Shown here in pieces: positions 1 through 9,718 of a stretch of DNA of 64,000 nt. The stretch lies in contig JBDRML010000016.1 in assembly GCA_043812195.1 (NCBI GenBank), positions 32,001-96,000 on the forward strand, given 5' to 3'. The notes under the pieces are model-generated. The model ran no database searches and was not told where the DNA came from. It worked only from the letters and a program-made list of their open reading frames with translations. Numbering within the stretch: the first letter of the stretch is position 1; each line of letters opens with the position of its first letter. This DNA is from Candidatus Woesearchaeota archaeon (GTDB taxonomy: Archaea; Nanobdellota; Nanobdellia; SCGC-AAA011-G17; PNOQ01). Made by a program: the position numbers and the translations under genes.

Positions 1-1
1 T

Positions 2-961
2 ACAGGTATTACTGGTCAAGATGGTTCTTACTTAGCAGAATTATTATTAAATAAGGAATATGAAGTTCACGGAATCGTAAGAAGAGCAGCAATAGAAGAT
101 TCCAATCATAGATTAAGTAGAATTAAACATATAGAAGACAGCATAGAACTACATCCGGGATCTCTCGAAGCATATCCTACCATATTCAATATTTTTCAAG
201 AAGTCAAACCAGATGAATGTTATCATCTGGCATCACAGAGTTTTGTTTTTGAATCATTTAAAGATCCATTCACAACATTCAATACAAACATTTATGGAAC
301 ACTTCATGTTTTAGAAGCATTAAAAAGAGTAACACCAAATTGTAGATTCTATTTTGCAGGCACATCTGAAATGTTCGGAAATATAAAAGAATCACCACAA
401 AATGAAAAAACCCCTTTCCACCCAAGATCTCCATATGGAATATCTAAAAACACTGGATTTGATTTAACTAGAAATTATAGGGAAGGTCACAATATATTTG
501 GAGCTTCTGGAATATTATTCAACCATGAATCGCCGAGAAGAGGCCTAGAATTTGTTACAAGAAAAATAACAGATGGAGTTGCAAAAATAAAACATGGTTT
601 AGAAAGTGAATTAAGATTAGGAAACTTAGACGCTAAAAGAGATTGGGGGTTTGCTAAAGACTATGTAGAAGCCATGTGGATGATGTTACAAGCTGAAGAA
701 CCATCAGATTATGTGGTTTCCTCAGGAAGATCGCACTCCATAAGAGATTTCTTAGATATCGCATTCAACCATGTTGGTTTAGAATTTAGGGATTATGTCA
801 AAGTTGATCCAAAATTCTTAAGACCAGCAGAGGTACACACACTACAAGGAGATTCATCAAAAATAAAAACAGAACTTGGATGGGAACCCAAAACAGAATT
901 TGGGGATCTAATAAAAATGATGGTAGATCATGATATGGAAAGAGTCAAAAAAGAATTGTAA
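2..961 (+). CDS. gmd: GDP-mannose 4,6-dehydratase (5' truncated by window edge)
   Basis: Frame opens at position 2 with TGITGQDGSYLAE; later PRSPYG, NHESPRRG and GNLDAKRDWG motifs. Confidence 0.95.
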   Translation, partial: TGITGQDGSYLAELLLNKEYEVHGIVRRAAIEDSNHRLSRIKHIEDSIELHPGSLEAYPTIFNIFQEVKPDECYHLASQSFVFESFKDPFTTFNTNIYGTLHVLEALKRVTPNCRFYFAGTSEMFGNIKESPQNEKTPFHPRSPYGISKNTGFDLTRNYREGHNIFGASGILFNHESPRRGLEFVTRKITDGVAKIKHGLESELRLGNLDAKRDWGFAKDYVEAMWMMLQAEEPSDYVVSSGRSHSIRDFLDIAFNHVGLEFRDYVKVDPKFLRPAEVHTLQGDSSKIKTELGWEPKTEFGDLIKMMVDHDMERVKKEL

Positions 962-962
962 A

Positions 963-2117
963 ATGAATATTTGTTTGATAAACCCTTCTTTCTTTCCAGT
1001 TAGAGGGGGAGGAGAACAATTAACATATGACGTTGCAAAGGAATTATCAAATTCAAACAAAGTAGTAATCGCAACAGAACAGTTACCAAACACAAAACCT
1101 ATAGAAATAATAAACAACATAAAGGTATACAGAGCAAAAACTTCAAAAATTCCATTCTTAAGATTATTTTTAAATCAAATATATTTCTACAAAATGTTGC
1201 TAAAAATAATCGATAAAGAAAAAATAAATTTGCTTCATATGTTTCACCTTTTCAATTTGGGAGGTGCGGCAGTTTTAGCCAAAAGAAAGAAAAAATTAAA
1301 ACTAATAACTAGTCTAATTGGATGGGACACATATGATCCAATAAAACCTGTTCCAAAATACGCATTTCCATACATGGCATGGGTAATGAACAACTCAGAC
1401 ACTGTATTAACTAGCTCTAAACACTTATTAAAATCTGCAAGAAAACAAGGTGCAAGAAAACAAATTCCAATAATCTCACATGGAACAAATTTGCATAGAA
1501 TAAAGCAAAAAACAATAGATATAAAAAAAAAATATAACATAAAAAAAGATGAAAAAATTGTTTTCTCTCTTCAAAGACTTCACAAAAGAAAAGGTTTAGA
1601 ATATTTAATTCTTGCAGCCAAAAAAGTTCTGGCAAACAAACCAAATATAAAATTCATAATCGGAGGAAAGGGTCCTGAACTAAATAATTTAAAAGTACTT
1701 GCCAAAAGACTAAGACTAGAAAAAAATATTATATTCGCTGGATTCATACCAGACGAAGAATTAAACAATTACTATCAAACTGCAGATCTCTTCTCATTGC
1801 CAAGTCTTTACGAAGGGTTTGGAATAGTTTATGTGGATGCTCTAATCAATGGATTACCAATAGCAACAACAAAATGTGGCGGTTCAGAAGAAATGGTAAA
1901 CAAATCAAATGGAATTTTAGTAAAACCAAAAAGTAGCGAACAATTAGCCAATGCAATCTTAGAAGTATTAAACAAAACATGGAATAAAAAAGAAATCAAG
2001 AAAAATGCTGAAAAATATAAATGGGAAAATATAATAAAAAAATACGAAGAAATTTATGAAAAACTATCTTTTTCTGTATCTAATAACCCAAAACAACACA
2101 TTCTTAATCCAAGCTAA
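963..2117 (+). CDS. Glycosyltransferase family 4 (GT-B)
   Basis: GGGE N-terminal motif, KGLEYLI, and EGFGIVYVDAL; ATG at 963 directly follows the gmd stop. Confidence 0.9.
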   Translation: MNICLINPSFFPVRGGGEQLTYDVAKELSNSNKVVIATEQLPNTKPIEIINNIKVYRAKTSKIPFLRLFLNQIYFYKMLLKIIDKEKINLLHMFHLFNLGGAAVLAKRKKKLKLITSLIGWDTYDPIKPVPKYAFPYMAWVMNNSDTVLTSSKHLLKSARKQGARKQIPIISHGTNLHRIKQKTIDIKKKYNIKKDEKIVFSLQRLHKRKGLEYLILAAKKVLANKPNIKFIIGGKGPELNNLKVLAKRLRLEKNIIFAGFIPDEELNNYYQTADLFSLPSLYEGFGIVYVDALINGLPIATTKCGGSEEMVNKSNGILVKPKSSEQLANAILEVLNKTWNKKEIKKNAEKYKWENIIKKYEEIYEKLSFSVSNNPKQHILNPS

Positions 2118-2711
2118 ATTAAACAAAACTGCAAACAACAACAACAAAACCACTAATTGATTAAAAATAATCAAAACAGATATAACTAAATTCTGTATTG
2201 CAACATCTACTTCAATTGGTTTCTGATCTTTTGGTTTTGAATCTTCAACATTAAATTTAACTTTAGTAAATAATGCACTATGTCTCCAAAACAAGGTGCT
2301 TATAATAGCCAAAATAGATAAAACCATAACAAAAAGAGAGGGTTCATTAATATAAATCACAACAGAAATTGCTATAAGAATTATCAATTCCCTTATTCTA
2401 TCTAATATTCCATCAAGCCATGCTCCAAATTGAGAAGCTTTTCCTTTAAGTCTAGCAAGTTCTCCATCAACCAAATCAAAAACCCAAGAAAACCAATAAA
2501 CTATTCCTGCAAATACATAATTCCCATTTAATAAGAGAAAAGCAGAAAAGACACCAATTAAAAAACTGAGAACCGTCACAAAATTTGGAGAAATAAATCT
2601 AAGCTTATAAAAAAGCACAGTAAAGGGATATGAAAACAACCTACTAAACTCGAACAAATAAGATTCCTTAAAAGATTTTCTTCTCCTTCTCCATAAAGAT
2701 TGCATTCTCAA
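2064..2711 (-). CDS. CDP-alcohol phosphatidyltransferase family protein
   Basis: Complete signature DLVDGELAR...GAWLDGILD, SPNxVT motif, multiple TM segments. Confidence 0.9.
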   Translation of the reverse strand: MRMQSLWRRRRKSFKESYLFEFSRLFSYPFTVLFYKLRFISPNFVTVLSFLIGVFSAFLLLNGNYVFAGIVYWFSWVFDLVDGELARLKGKASQFGAWLDGILDRIRELIILIAISVVIYINEPSLFVMVLSILAIISTLFWRHSALFTKVKFNVEDSKPKDQKPIEVDVAIQNLVISVLIIFNQLVVLLLLFAVLFNLAWIKNVLFWVIRYRKR

Positions 2712-2801
2712 AAACTACAAAACCTCGTATATAAAGTTTATTAAAATTAATTTAGAATCCACAAAGCTTAAGAATAGTATAACATTCCAAATCATGTTTA
2801 A

Positions 2802-3563
2802 ATGAATTTAAAAGAGAGATACAATAAAATAAAAGAGCACTCATTCAGCAGAGCCAGAAAATACAAAGGATTTGACAAAATCTACGATACATTTATGAGA
2901 GTTATAACATTTATACCAGTATTCATTTTATCCTTTTTTCCTATAACAGGTAACGCTGTATCAATATTAGCCATTTTAGGTAATTTTCTAGCATTCTATT
3001 TATTTATAACTCAACAATTTATTTTAGGTATAATAATCATTTTTGCTACTGAAGTATTAGATTACATGGATGGAACTGTAGCAAGGATAAGAAATGAAAA
3101 AAATCCAATAATGGGTAGCTTTTTAGGAAGGTTATATCATGTAGTTAGTTTTGGGATAATTTTTATCGGTATTTGTATAGGAATTGGTATTTGGGAGATG
3201 GGTATAGTATTAGGGATTAGTTATTATATCAGAGTATATATGATAGAATTAAGAAATAGTCTATTAAACATAGTCCACAAAGATATTCAAAAACCAGAAG
3301 AAACAAAAAAACAAAACAAATTATATAAATTTATCAAAAATCTTATAGTATTTCCAATAAGTGATGGAAAGGTTATTATTCTAATAATTTTAATTAGCAT
3401 AATATTGGGCATTTTAAAAGAAGTTATGATATTTTATGCAATTCATTCAGTAATTTTAGCTTTAGCAGTATTTGTAATAACATATAGACAATTAATAGCA
3501 AAAAAGAAGGAACCTACAGAAAATAGTAACATAAACATTAAAAAAGAAGAAGAGGTAAATTAA
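2802..3563 (+). CDS. CDP-alcohol phosphatidyltransferase family protein (variant motif)
   Basis: DYMDGTVAR motif with degenerate distal aspartates (GSFLGRLYH); TM-rich. Confidence 0.8.
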   Translation: MNLKERYNKIKEHSFSRARKYKGFDKIYDTFMRVITFIPVFILSFFPITGNAVSILAILGNFLAFYLFITQQFILGIIIIFATEVLDYMDGTVARIRNEKNPIMGSFLGRLYHVVSFGIIFIGICIGIGIWEMGIVLGISYYIRVYMIELRNSLLNIVHKDIQKPEETKKQNKLYKFIKNLIVFPISDGKVIILIILISIILGILKEVMIFYAIHSVILALAVFVITYRQLIAKKKEPTENSNINIKKEEEVN

Positions 3564-3598
3564 AAAATCGTTTCAAAAAACAAAGGAGGAAATAAAAA

Positions 3599-4033
3599 AT
3601 GAAAATAGTTTATTCATATTATGTATTAGATTTGGTACATAAAGGACACATTCTTCAAATGAGAAATTCTAAAAACTTTGCAGGTGAAGATGGAAAACTA
3701 GTTGTTGGGATTTTAACAGATGAAGCCGCAATGGAAAAAAAACCAAAACCAATTATGCCATTTGACGAGAGGGTAATTCTCGCTAAAGCCATAAAATATG
3801 CAGATGTAGTTATTCCGCAAGAAACTTATTCTCCAATAGATAATATAAGAAGAATAAAACCAGATATTTTAATGGAATCAGTAAGCCACAATGAAAAAGA
3901 TATAAAAGAAGCGATTGAAGTAATGAAAGAATGGGGTGGTAAAGTCATAATAACTCCAAATTACCCACAACAATCTTCAACAAATTTAAAAAAAGAATTA
4001 AGAAGAACTAACGCTAAAAGGGAGGAAATATAA
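3599..4033 (+). CDS. Cytidylyltransferase (HxGH family), resembling the PEP-mutase-associated domain
   Basis: DLVHKGH, GILTDE, VIPQET, KPD, EWGGK and SST motifs. Confidence 0.85.
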   Translation: MKIVYSYYVLDLVHKGHILQMRNSKNFAGEDGKLVVGILTDEAAMEKKPKPIMPFDERVILAKAIKYADVVIPQETYSPIDNIRRIKPDILMESVSHNEKDIKEAIEVMKEWGGKVIITPNYPQQSSTNLKKELRRTNAKREEI

Positions 4034-4968
4034 TGAAAAAAACAAATTTGGCAATCGGAGCGTTAGTAATACTCTTAGGAATAGTATTAATTTTTCCAAT
4101 TATATCTGGAGAAGAAAAATTACAGGAAGAGATAACAGGAGACATTGTTAAAAATACAAATGAAATAAAAGTCTTAAAGATGGGTTTAATCCCTGCAGAT
4201 GACGCAGCAGAAATGCTAAGAAATTATGAACCTATTAAAGAATACCTATCTGAAAAATTAGGAATTCCAGTAGAAATTCAAGTAACTTCAGATTATACTG
4301 CTGCAATTGAAGCAATGAGAGCAAAACATATTGATATGGCATGGTTTGGACCATTCTCATACATAATAGCAGCCAATGTTGCAGACGCAGAAGCAATAGT
4401 TAATGGAGTTAAAGAAGATGGAAAATCTACCTACAAATCAATAATAGTAGTTAATGCAAATAGTGGAATAAAAACATTAGAAGATTTAAAAGGCAAAAGT
4501 TTCGCTTTTGTAGATCCAGCATCAACGTCAGGAAATTTAATACCTAGAAAGATGTTAATTGAAAATGGAATAGATCCAGACAACGATTTTAGCACTCAAT
4601 ATTATGCTGGCACACACAATGCAGTACAATATGCAATAGCAAACGGAAAAGTAGATGCAGGAGCAGATAGTGATAATTCATATTACAGAATGTTAGAAGC
4701 TGGAGAAATAGATTCTGAAGTTAATATAATCATTTACGAATCTGAACCAATTCCGGGATCTCCAATAGCAGTTAGGGGAGGCTTACCTAAAGATTTCAAA
4801 AAAGCCATCCAAGATGCTTTAATAGCAATGGAAGAACAGACAATCCATAAAGTAGATGGTTGGGGTGGAATTATAAGGTATCAAGCAGTCACAGATAGTG
4901 ATTACGACATTATTAGAGATACTGCAAAAATATTAGGAATGGATGTAACAAACCCAGACGCTACTTAA
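4033..4968 (+). CDS. phnD: Phosphonate/phosphite/phosphate ABC transporter substrate-binding protein
   Basis: N-terminal anchor; DYTAAIEAM, GPFSY, DPASTSG and AGTH motifs. Confidence 0.9.
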   Translation: MKKTNLAIGALVILLGIVLIFPIISGEEKLQEEITGDIVKNTNEIKVLKMGLIPADDAAEMLRNYEPIKEYLSEKLGIPVEIQVTSDYTAAIEAMRAKHIDMAWFGPFSYIIAANVADAEAIVNGVKEDGKSTYKSIIVVNANSGIKTLEDLKGKSFAFVDPASTSGNLIPRKMLIENGIDPDNDFSTQYYAGTHNAVQYAIANGKVDAGADSDNSYYRMLEAGEIDSEVNIIIYESEPIPGSPIAVRGGLPKDFKKAIQDALIAMEEQTIHKVDGWGGIIRYQAVTDSDYDIIRDTAKILGMDVTNPDAT

Positions 4969-5021
4969 ATAAATTATTTTTTATTTTTTTATAATTCTAA
5001 AATAAGAAAAATAAAATAAAA

Positions 5022-5768
5022 ATGATAAAAATAGAAAACCTAACCCATACTTACAAAAATAGAAATGAAGAAGCAATTAAATGTATTAATTTGCACATCA
5101 AAAAAGGAGAAAGTATAGTTATAATAGGATCAAGTGGATCTGGAAAATCAACATTACTAAGATGTATCAATAAATTAATAGAACCTAATTCTGGAAAAAT
5201 ATTAATAGAAGATGAAGATATTATAAATTGTTCAGCTAAAAAAGCAGAAAAAATACGTGGAAAAATTGCAATGATTTTCCAGAATTTCAACCTTATAGAA
5301 AGAGAGAGTGTTCTTAAAAACGTTTTAAATGGAAGATTAAAATATAATAGCACAATCAAAACTTTATTCGGAAAGTTTTCTAAAGAAGATTATAATATTG
5401 TAAAAGAAAACATCAAAATAGTTGGATTGGAAGGATACGAAGAAGAAAGAATCAATAATTTAAGTGGCGGACAAAAACAAAGAGTCGCTATAGCAAGAGC
5501 ATTGTCACAAAAACCAGATATCATTCTAGCTGATGAACCAGTATCAAACTTAGATCCAATGCTAATGACAGAAATAATGGATTTACTTAAAAGTATTTGT
5601 GATAAAAAAAATATAACACTTATAACAAGTTTGCATTTTCTTGAATTTGCAAAAAGATATGGTACAAGAATAATAGGAATGCGAAACGGGCAGATTGTTT
5701 TTAATGGGACCCCAGAAGAACTTACAGAAAGAGACATAGTAGAAATATACCAAAAAACTCAAAACTAA
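5022..5768 (+). CDS. phnC: Phosphonate ABC transporter ATP-binding protein
   Basis: Walker A GSSGSGKST, LSGGQKQRVAIARAL, LADEPVSNLDP and NVLNGRL. Confidence 0.92.
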   Translation: MIKIENLTHTYKNRNEEAIKCINLHIKKGESIVIIGSSGSGKSTLLRCINKLIEPNSGKILIEDEDIINCSAKKAEKIRGKIAMIFQNFNLIERESVLKNVLNGRLKYNSTIKTLFGKFSKEDYNIVKENIKIVGLEGYEEERINNLSGGQKQRVAIARALSQKPDIILADEPVSNLDPMLMTEIMDLLKSICDKKNITLITSLHFLEFAKRYGTRIIGMRNGQIVFNGTPEELTERDIVEIYQKTQN

Positions 5769-5769
5769 C

Positions 5770-6570
5770 TTGCCAAAAATGACTAAACTAAAACTCCCAA
5801 AAAATAAGTATAAAGGAATTATTATAGGTATATTAATAGTCATAATCTATTACTGGGCCATTACTGGAACTGAAACAAGCCCTATTAATTTTGTCAAAGG
5901 TCTTCCAAATATGGCAGATTTCATCAGTAGAATGTTCCCACCAGACATAACTAACTTAGAAAGATTTCTATTAAAAGCTGTAGAAACTCTACAAATGGCT
6001 ATAGTAGGATCAACATTAGGAGCATTAATAGCACTACCATTATCATTTTTGGCTGCAAGAAATATAATGCACAATAAATTAATATATCATACAACAAGAA
6101 CTATATTTGATGCTTTAAGAGGAATTAACGAAATAGTATGGGGTCTAATTTTTGTTTCAATGGTAGGACTAGGACCATTTCCAGGAGTATTAGCATTAAC
6201 AGCGCACGTTACAGGTGCGTTAGGAAGATATTTTTCAGAAGCAATAGAAACAGTAGATCCAGAATCAATAAGAGCTATTGTCTCAACAGGAGCAAGCAAA
6301 ATTCAAGTAATAGCTAGAGGAATTTTCCCACAAGTTAAACCACTATTTGCCAATTATTCCTTGTACTATTTAGAAAATAATTTCAGAGCTGCAACAGTCT
6401 TAGGATTGGTAGGAGCAGGAGGAATAGGTATGGAGCTCATCACAAGTATGAGACTATTCAAAAACCAAGAAGTTCTAACTATTCTAATAATAATGGTATT
6501 AATGGTTATAATGATAGATCGATTAAGTGCATTCGTTAGAAAAAAGATAATTAAAATTGAAAATGTTTAA
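5770..6570 (+). CDS. phnE: Phosphonate ABC transporter permease
   Basis: ETLQMAIVG, GLGPFPGVLAL and NFRAATVLGLVGAGGIG; start is TTG 5770 or ATG 5779. Confidence 0.92.
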   Translation: MPKMTKLKLPKNKYKGIIIGILIVIIYYWAITGTETSPINFVKGLPNMADFISRMFPPDITNLERFLLKAVETLQMAIVGSTLGALIALPLSFLAARNIMHNKLIYHTTRTIFDALRGINEIVWGLIFVSMVGLGPFPGVLALTAHVTGALGRYFSEAIETVDPESIRAIVSTGASKIQVIARGIFPQVKPLFANYSLYYLENNFRAATVLGLVGAGGIGMELITSMRLFKNQEVLTILIIMVLMVIMIDRLSAFVRKKIIKIENV

Positions 6571-6588
6571 CAAAAATTAAATAAGACT

Positions 6589-6816
6589 TTATTGCATAAT
6601 TGCTTCTTCACTCAATTTACCTTCTTTTAAAGCTTGTACCCTTTCACAAACCTCAAAAATTCTTGACAATCCAATATTCATTGCTTTAACCAAAGTAGGA
6701 TTAAATTTAGAAAGAACAGAATCTTCATAATACCTTGATTTAATATCAGCTATTCTTTATCTAAAAAACATTCTCGCACCATTTACATTACATGCATAGC
6801 CCACTTATAATCTCAT
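6589..6816 (-). pseudogene. Possible degraded ORF remnant
   Basis: ATG abuts the upstream stop; reading has two internal TAA then a protein-like run of about 55 aa (RIADIKSRYYED...EEAIMQ*). Confidence 0.3.
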
Positions 6817-7478
6817 TATGCATCAATCTTTGATACAGCCTTATAACTATTCTTAAATGAATAAATAACCATTAAACTTGTTATCAACAAATAACCTAAA
6901 TTTAATACCATCATTAAACCAAGTATTTTACCAATAATTATCATAGGCAAATAACCTTCAAAACTTAAAGCAATTCTTATTACTTCGTTCTGTTTTCCAC
7001 CGACTTTCTTACTTTTTTTGTTTGTAGTTTTTAGTAGATTATCTTTGTATCTAAAAGAAATCTGACTAAGCAAATAAAATATTGCAGATGTTACACCAAC
7101 CACTAAATAACCACTTCCAATTCCAACACCTATTAAAAGCGTTATTAAAGATACAATATGAAACATGTGGTCTAAATATGCATATGTCTTATTGTTTAAG
7201 TTATTTGTTGAGTGTGCTATTGCACCATCTACGCAATCTAAAATATGGCCCAAAATTAAGAACAACATTCCAATCCAAAACTCATTAGATAAAAAGAAAA
7301 TTATTGCAGGTATTCTACTTAAGATTGCTAACCAAGTGATTGTATCTGGCTTTATCTTTAACCATTTAAATGAATAATAGAATGGAATTGAAAGTATTAT
7401 TAAACAACAATATACTATCTTCCATATTAAAGGATTATTCTTAAACTTCCTTTTTATGGTTACTTCGTATAGTTCCAA
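6816..7478 (-). CDS. CDP-alcohol phosphatidyltransferase family protein
   Basis: KPDTIT and DCVDGAIAH...YLDHMFH motifs; TM-rich. Confidence 0.8.
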   Translation of the reverse strand: MELYEVTIKRKFKNNPLIWKIVYCCLIILSIPFYYSFKWLKIKPDTITWLAILSRIPAIIFFLSNEFWIGMLFLILGHILDCVDGAIAHSTNNLNNKTYAYLDHMFHIVSLITLLIGVGIGSGYLVVGVTSAIFYLLSQISFRYKDNLLKTTNKKSKKVGGKQNEVIRIALSFEGYLPMIIIGKILGLMMVLNLGYLLITSLMVIYSFKNSYKAVSKIDA

Positions 7479-9384
7479 GTATCACATCTCCTGATTTTTT
7501 TGAAGAATCAAATAAATTTTCCCTTATGGATAAATTCCTCTTCTTTATGCTTTCTAATATTCTTAAAAAATGTTCAATACTAACATTTCTAATATCAACT
7601 TCTAATAACTCGTGTTTCCCCAAACATTTTTCTGAAAATCCTTCCGTATCTTTATATTTTATTATTATTATTGGTCTATCTACGTATATTGCTTCTAACA
7701 CTATTGATGAAAAAAATGTTATTACTAAATCATATTTTTTTAGAAAATCATATTTATCACCCACATTTTTATCTTCATAAACTTTATTAGAAATTTTATT
7801 ATAGATTTCTTTATTTTCTTCAGATGGATGCATCTTTATATCTAACTCAAAATCTCCCTTCAATTTTTCACTTAATTCTTTTATATAACTCTCATACTCT
7901 TTGATTGTTGATGTTCCTTCTTCCACAAAAGCATTTGTGCATAACAAAACTTTCTTCTTTGGTTTCTTTACAAAACTATATCCCACCAAATGTAAGTTTT
8001 CTTTCTTCGCCCCATTCTTTAATAACATATCTTTTAATAAATGATTATAACACAATACATGGCAATTATCTGGGTATGTATATTCTACATCGGGAATAAG
8101 GAAACCATGTGTCAATCTAAAACAAGGTATATTCATAGACTTACCCGCAATAATCATACACTTTTCAACAAGGTTTCCAAATCCATCTAACAAAACACAT
8201 TTACAATCGTACTTTTTTATTATATCCAAACAAATTTTATAATAAATGTTTATTAATCGTATTACTTCTTTTGAATATATAAAATCTTCTGGAGGAATCT
8301 TTGTTTTTTTATATTTAATATTATTCGATTGAAAAATAGAGTCAAAATAATTGTATATCATATCCTCCCTATACCTAATTCTTTTACTTGATAACTTATC
8401 GAAATAGATTACTTTTTGTGCATGTCCCAAACTTTTTATGTAATTATAAATATCGCCAACTCTTTCTAGTTCATCACCTTTCTTTCTTATTAATGGCAGT
8501 AAGTATAGTATATCATACTTATTATTATCTTTTATTTTTTTAGACGCAATCAGCTTTGTTATTTGAGAGATATACATTGCTTTTCTATATATATTTCTTT
8601 TTTCACCGTATACCCATTTTGGCATTTCACCAACTAATATTTTCTGTTTAAAAAACAATCCAATGTTATAATCGCCGATTTTATAATTCTCATCTATACT
8701 AAAATTGCCAGATTTTTTATTGATAGATGAACCTTGCATAAGATCTTGCCCCTCCATTATTTTTACTCTTTTTTCTTTTTTCTTTTCAATAATTAAATTC
8801 ATCCATTTTTTTTGGTATTTTATGTTATAATCTTCATAAAATTCAATTACATCAAACCCATTTTCATTAAACATCTCAATAAACTCATCTTTAACAAATC
8901 GCCTTCTAAATCTTTTAGTTACATTTTTATAATCTTCTTTAATAAAATACCCTTCTTCTGATTTTTCATTTATAGTGGTACAAACAAAAATACATCCATT
9001 CGGCATTAATAATGATTTTAATTTGTTTAATATTATTTTTGTTTCATCTTTTGGAAATAAGTGTATAAAAGCATCTAAAATTATTCCATCATATTTTCTA
9101 TCAAATTCCTTTTTTAAGAAATCTATAACTTCTAATTTTGCTTCTGGAACATTCTTTTTAGCAAATTTAATCATCTCTTTTGAACAATCAATACCATAGG
9201 TTTTAAATCCAAAATTATTTAAAATATGTAAATCAAGACCAACGCCGCAACCAATATCTAAAACTTCTGGTTTCTTGAATCTTTTTGCTAATATTTTTTT
9301 AAAGGGTAATAATACTTTTGTTTGATACAAAATATTATTTTTATTTCTTTCATTATATTCTTTAGCAACAGAATCATAGTTCAT
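7441..9384 (-). CDS. Class I SAM methyltransferase fused to a GT-B-like capsule/glycan biosynthesis domain
   Basis: N-terminal VLDIGCGVG and GIDCSKEMI; C-terminal THG, IKMHPSE and SSIVLEA motifs. Confidence 0.7.
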   Translation of the reverse strand: MNYDSVAKEYNERNKNNILYQTKVLLPFKKILAKRFKKPEVLDIGCGVGLDLHILNNFGFKTYGIDCSKEMIKFAKKNVPEAKLEVIDFLKKEFDRKYDGIILDAFIHLFPKDETKIILNKLKSLLMPNGCIFVCTTINEKSEEGYFIKEDYKNVTKRFRRRFVKDEFIEMFNENGFDVIEFYEDYNIKYQKKWMNLIIEKKKEKRVKIMEGQDLMQGSSINKKSGNFSIDENYKIGDYNIGLFFKQKILVGEMPKWVYGEKRNIYRKAMYISQITKLIASKKIKDNNKYDILYLLPLIRKKGDELERVGDIYNYIKSLGHAQKVIYFDKLSSKRIRYREDMIYNYFDSIFQSNNIKYKKTKIPPEDFIYSKEVIRLINIYYKICLDIIKKYDCKCVLLDGFGNLVEKCMIIAGKSMNIPCFRLTHGFLIPDVEYTYPDNCHVLCYNHLLKDMLLKNGAKKENLHLVGYSFVKKPKKKVLLCTNAFVEEGTSTIKEYESYIKELSEKLKGDFELDIKMHPSEENKEIYNKISNKVYEDKNVGDKYDFLKKYDLVITFFSSIVLEAIYVDRPIIIIKYKDTEGFSEKCLGKHELLEVDIRNVSIEHFLRILESIKKRNLSIRENLFDSSKKSGDVILGTIRSNHKKEV

Positions 9385-9718
9385 TTATCTATTTCCTTCC
9401 TAATTTTTATCAATAAATATTCTTATTATTCTTTTTAGGCATACTAAAAATTCTAGCTCTTGCCTTAACATACACAAAAAGATATTTACCCCTCTTTATA
9501 AATTTTATTAAAAAAGAAACCCATAAAACTTAAAAAGACAAATATATTTTAAAATCTAAAAGAAATACTGCAAAAACACAGCATATATTAAAAAGTTAAT
9601 CTATATATTAATTATAATTACTACCTTAAAAACTACTTAGAAAGATAATAGAACCTATCAGTAAAAATAAATTCATTTTTAATAAAATTTATAAGGTATA
9701 AAAAAAACACTTAATTTA

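Noticed and set aside
4033-6570. Phosphonate catabolism (C-P lyase) operon
   Set aside because: No phnG-M, phnX or phnW genes in the window; the context is biosynthetic.
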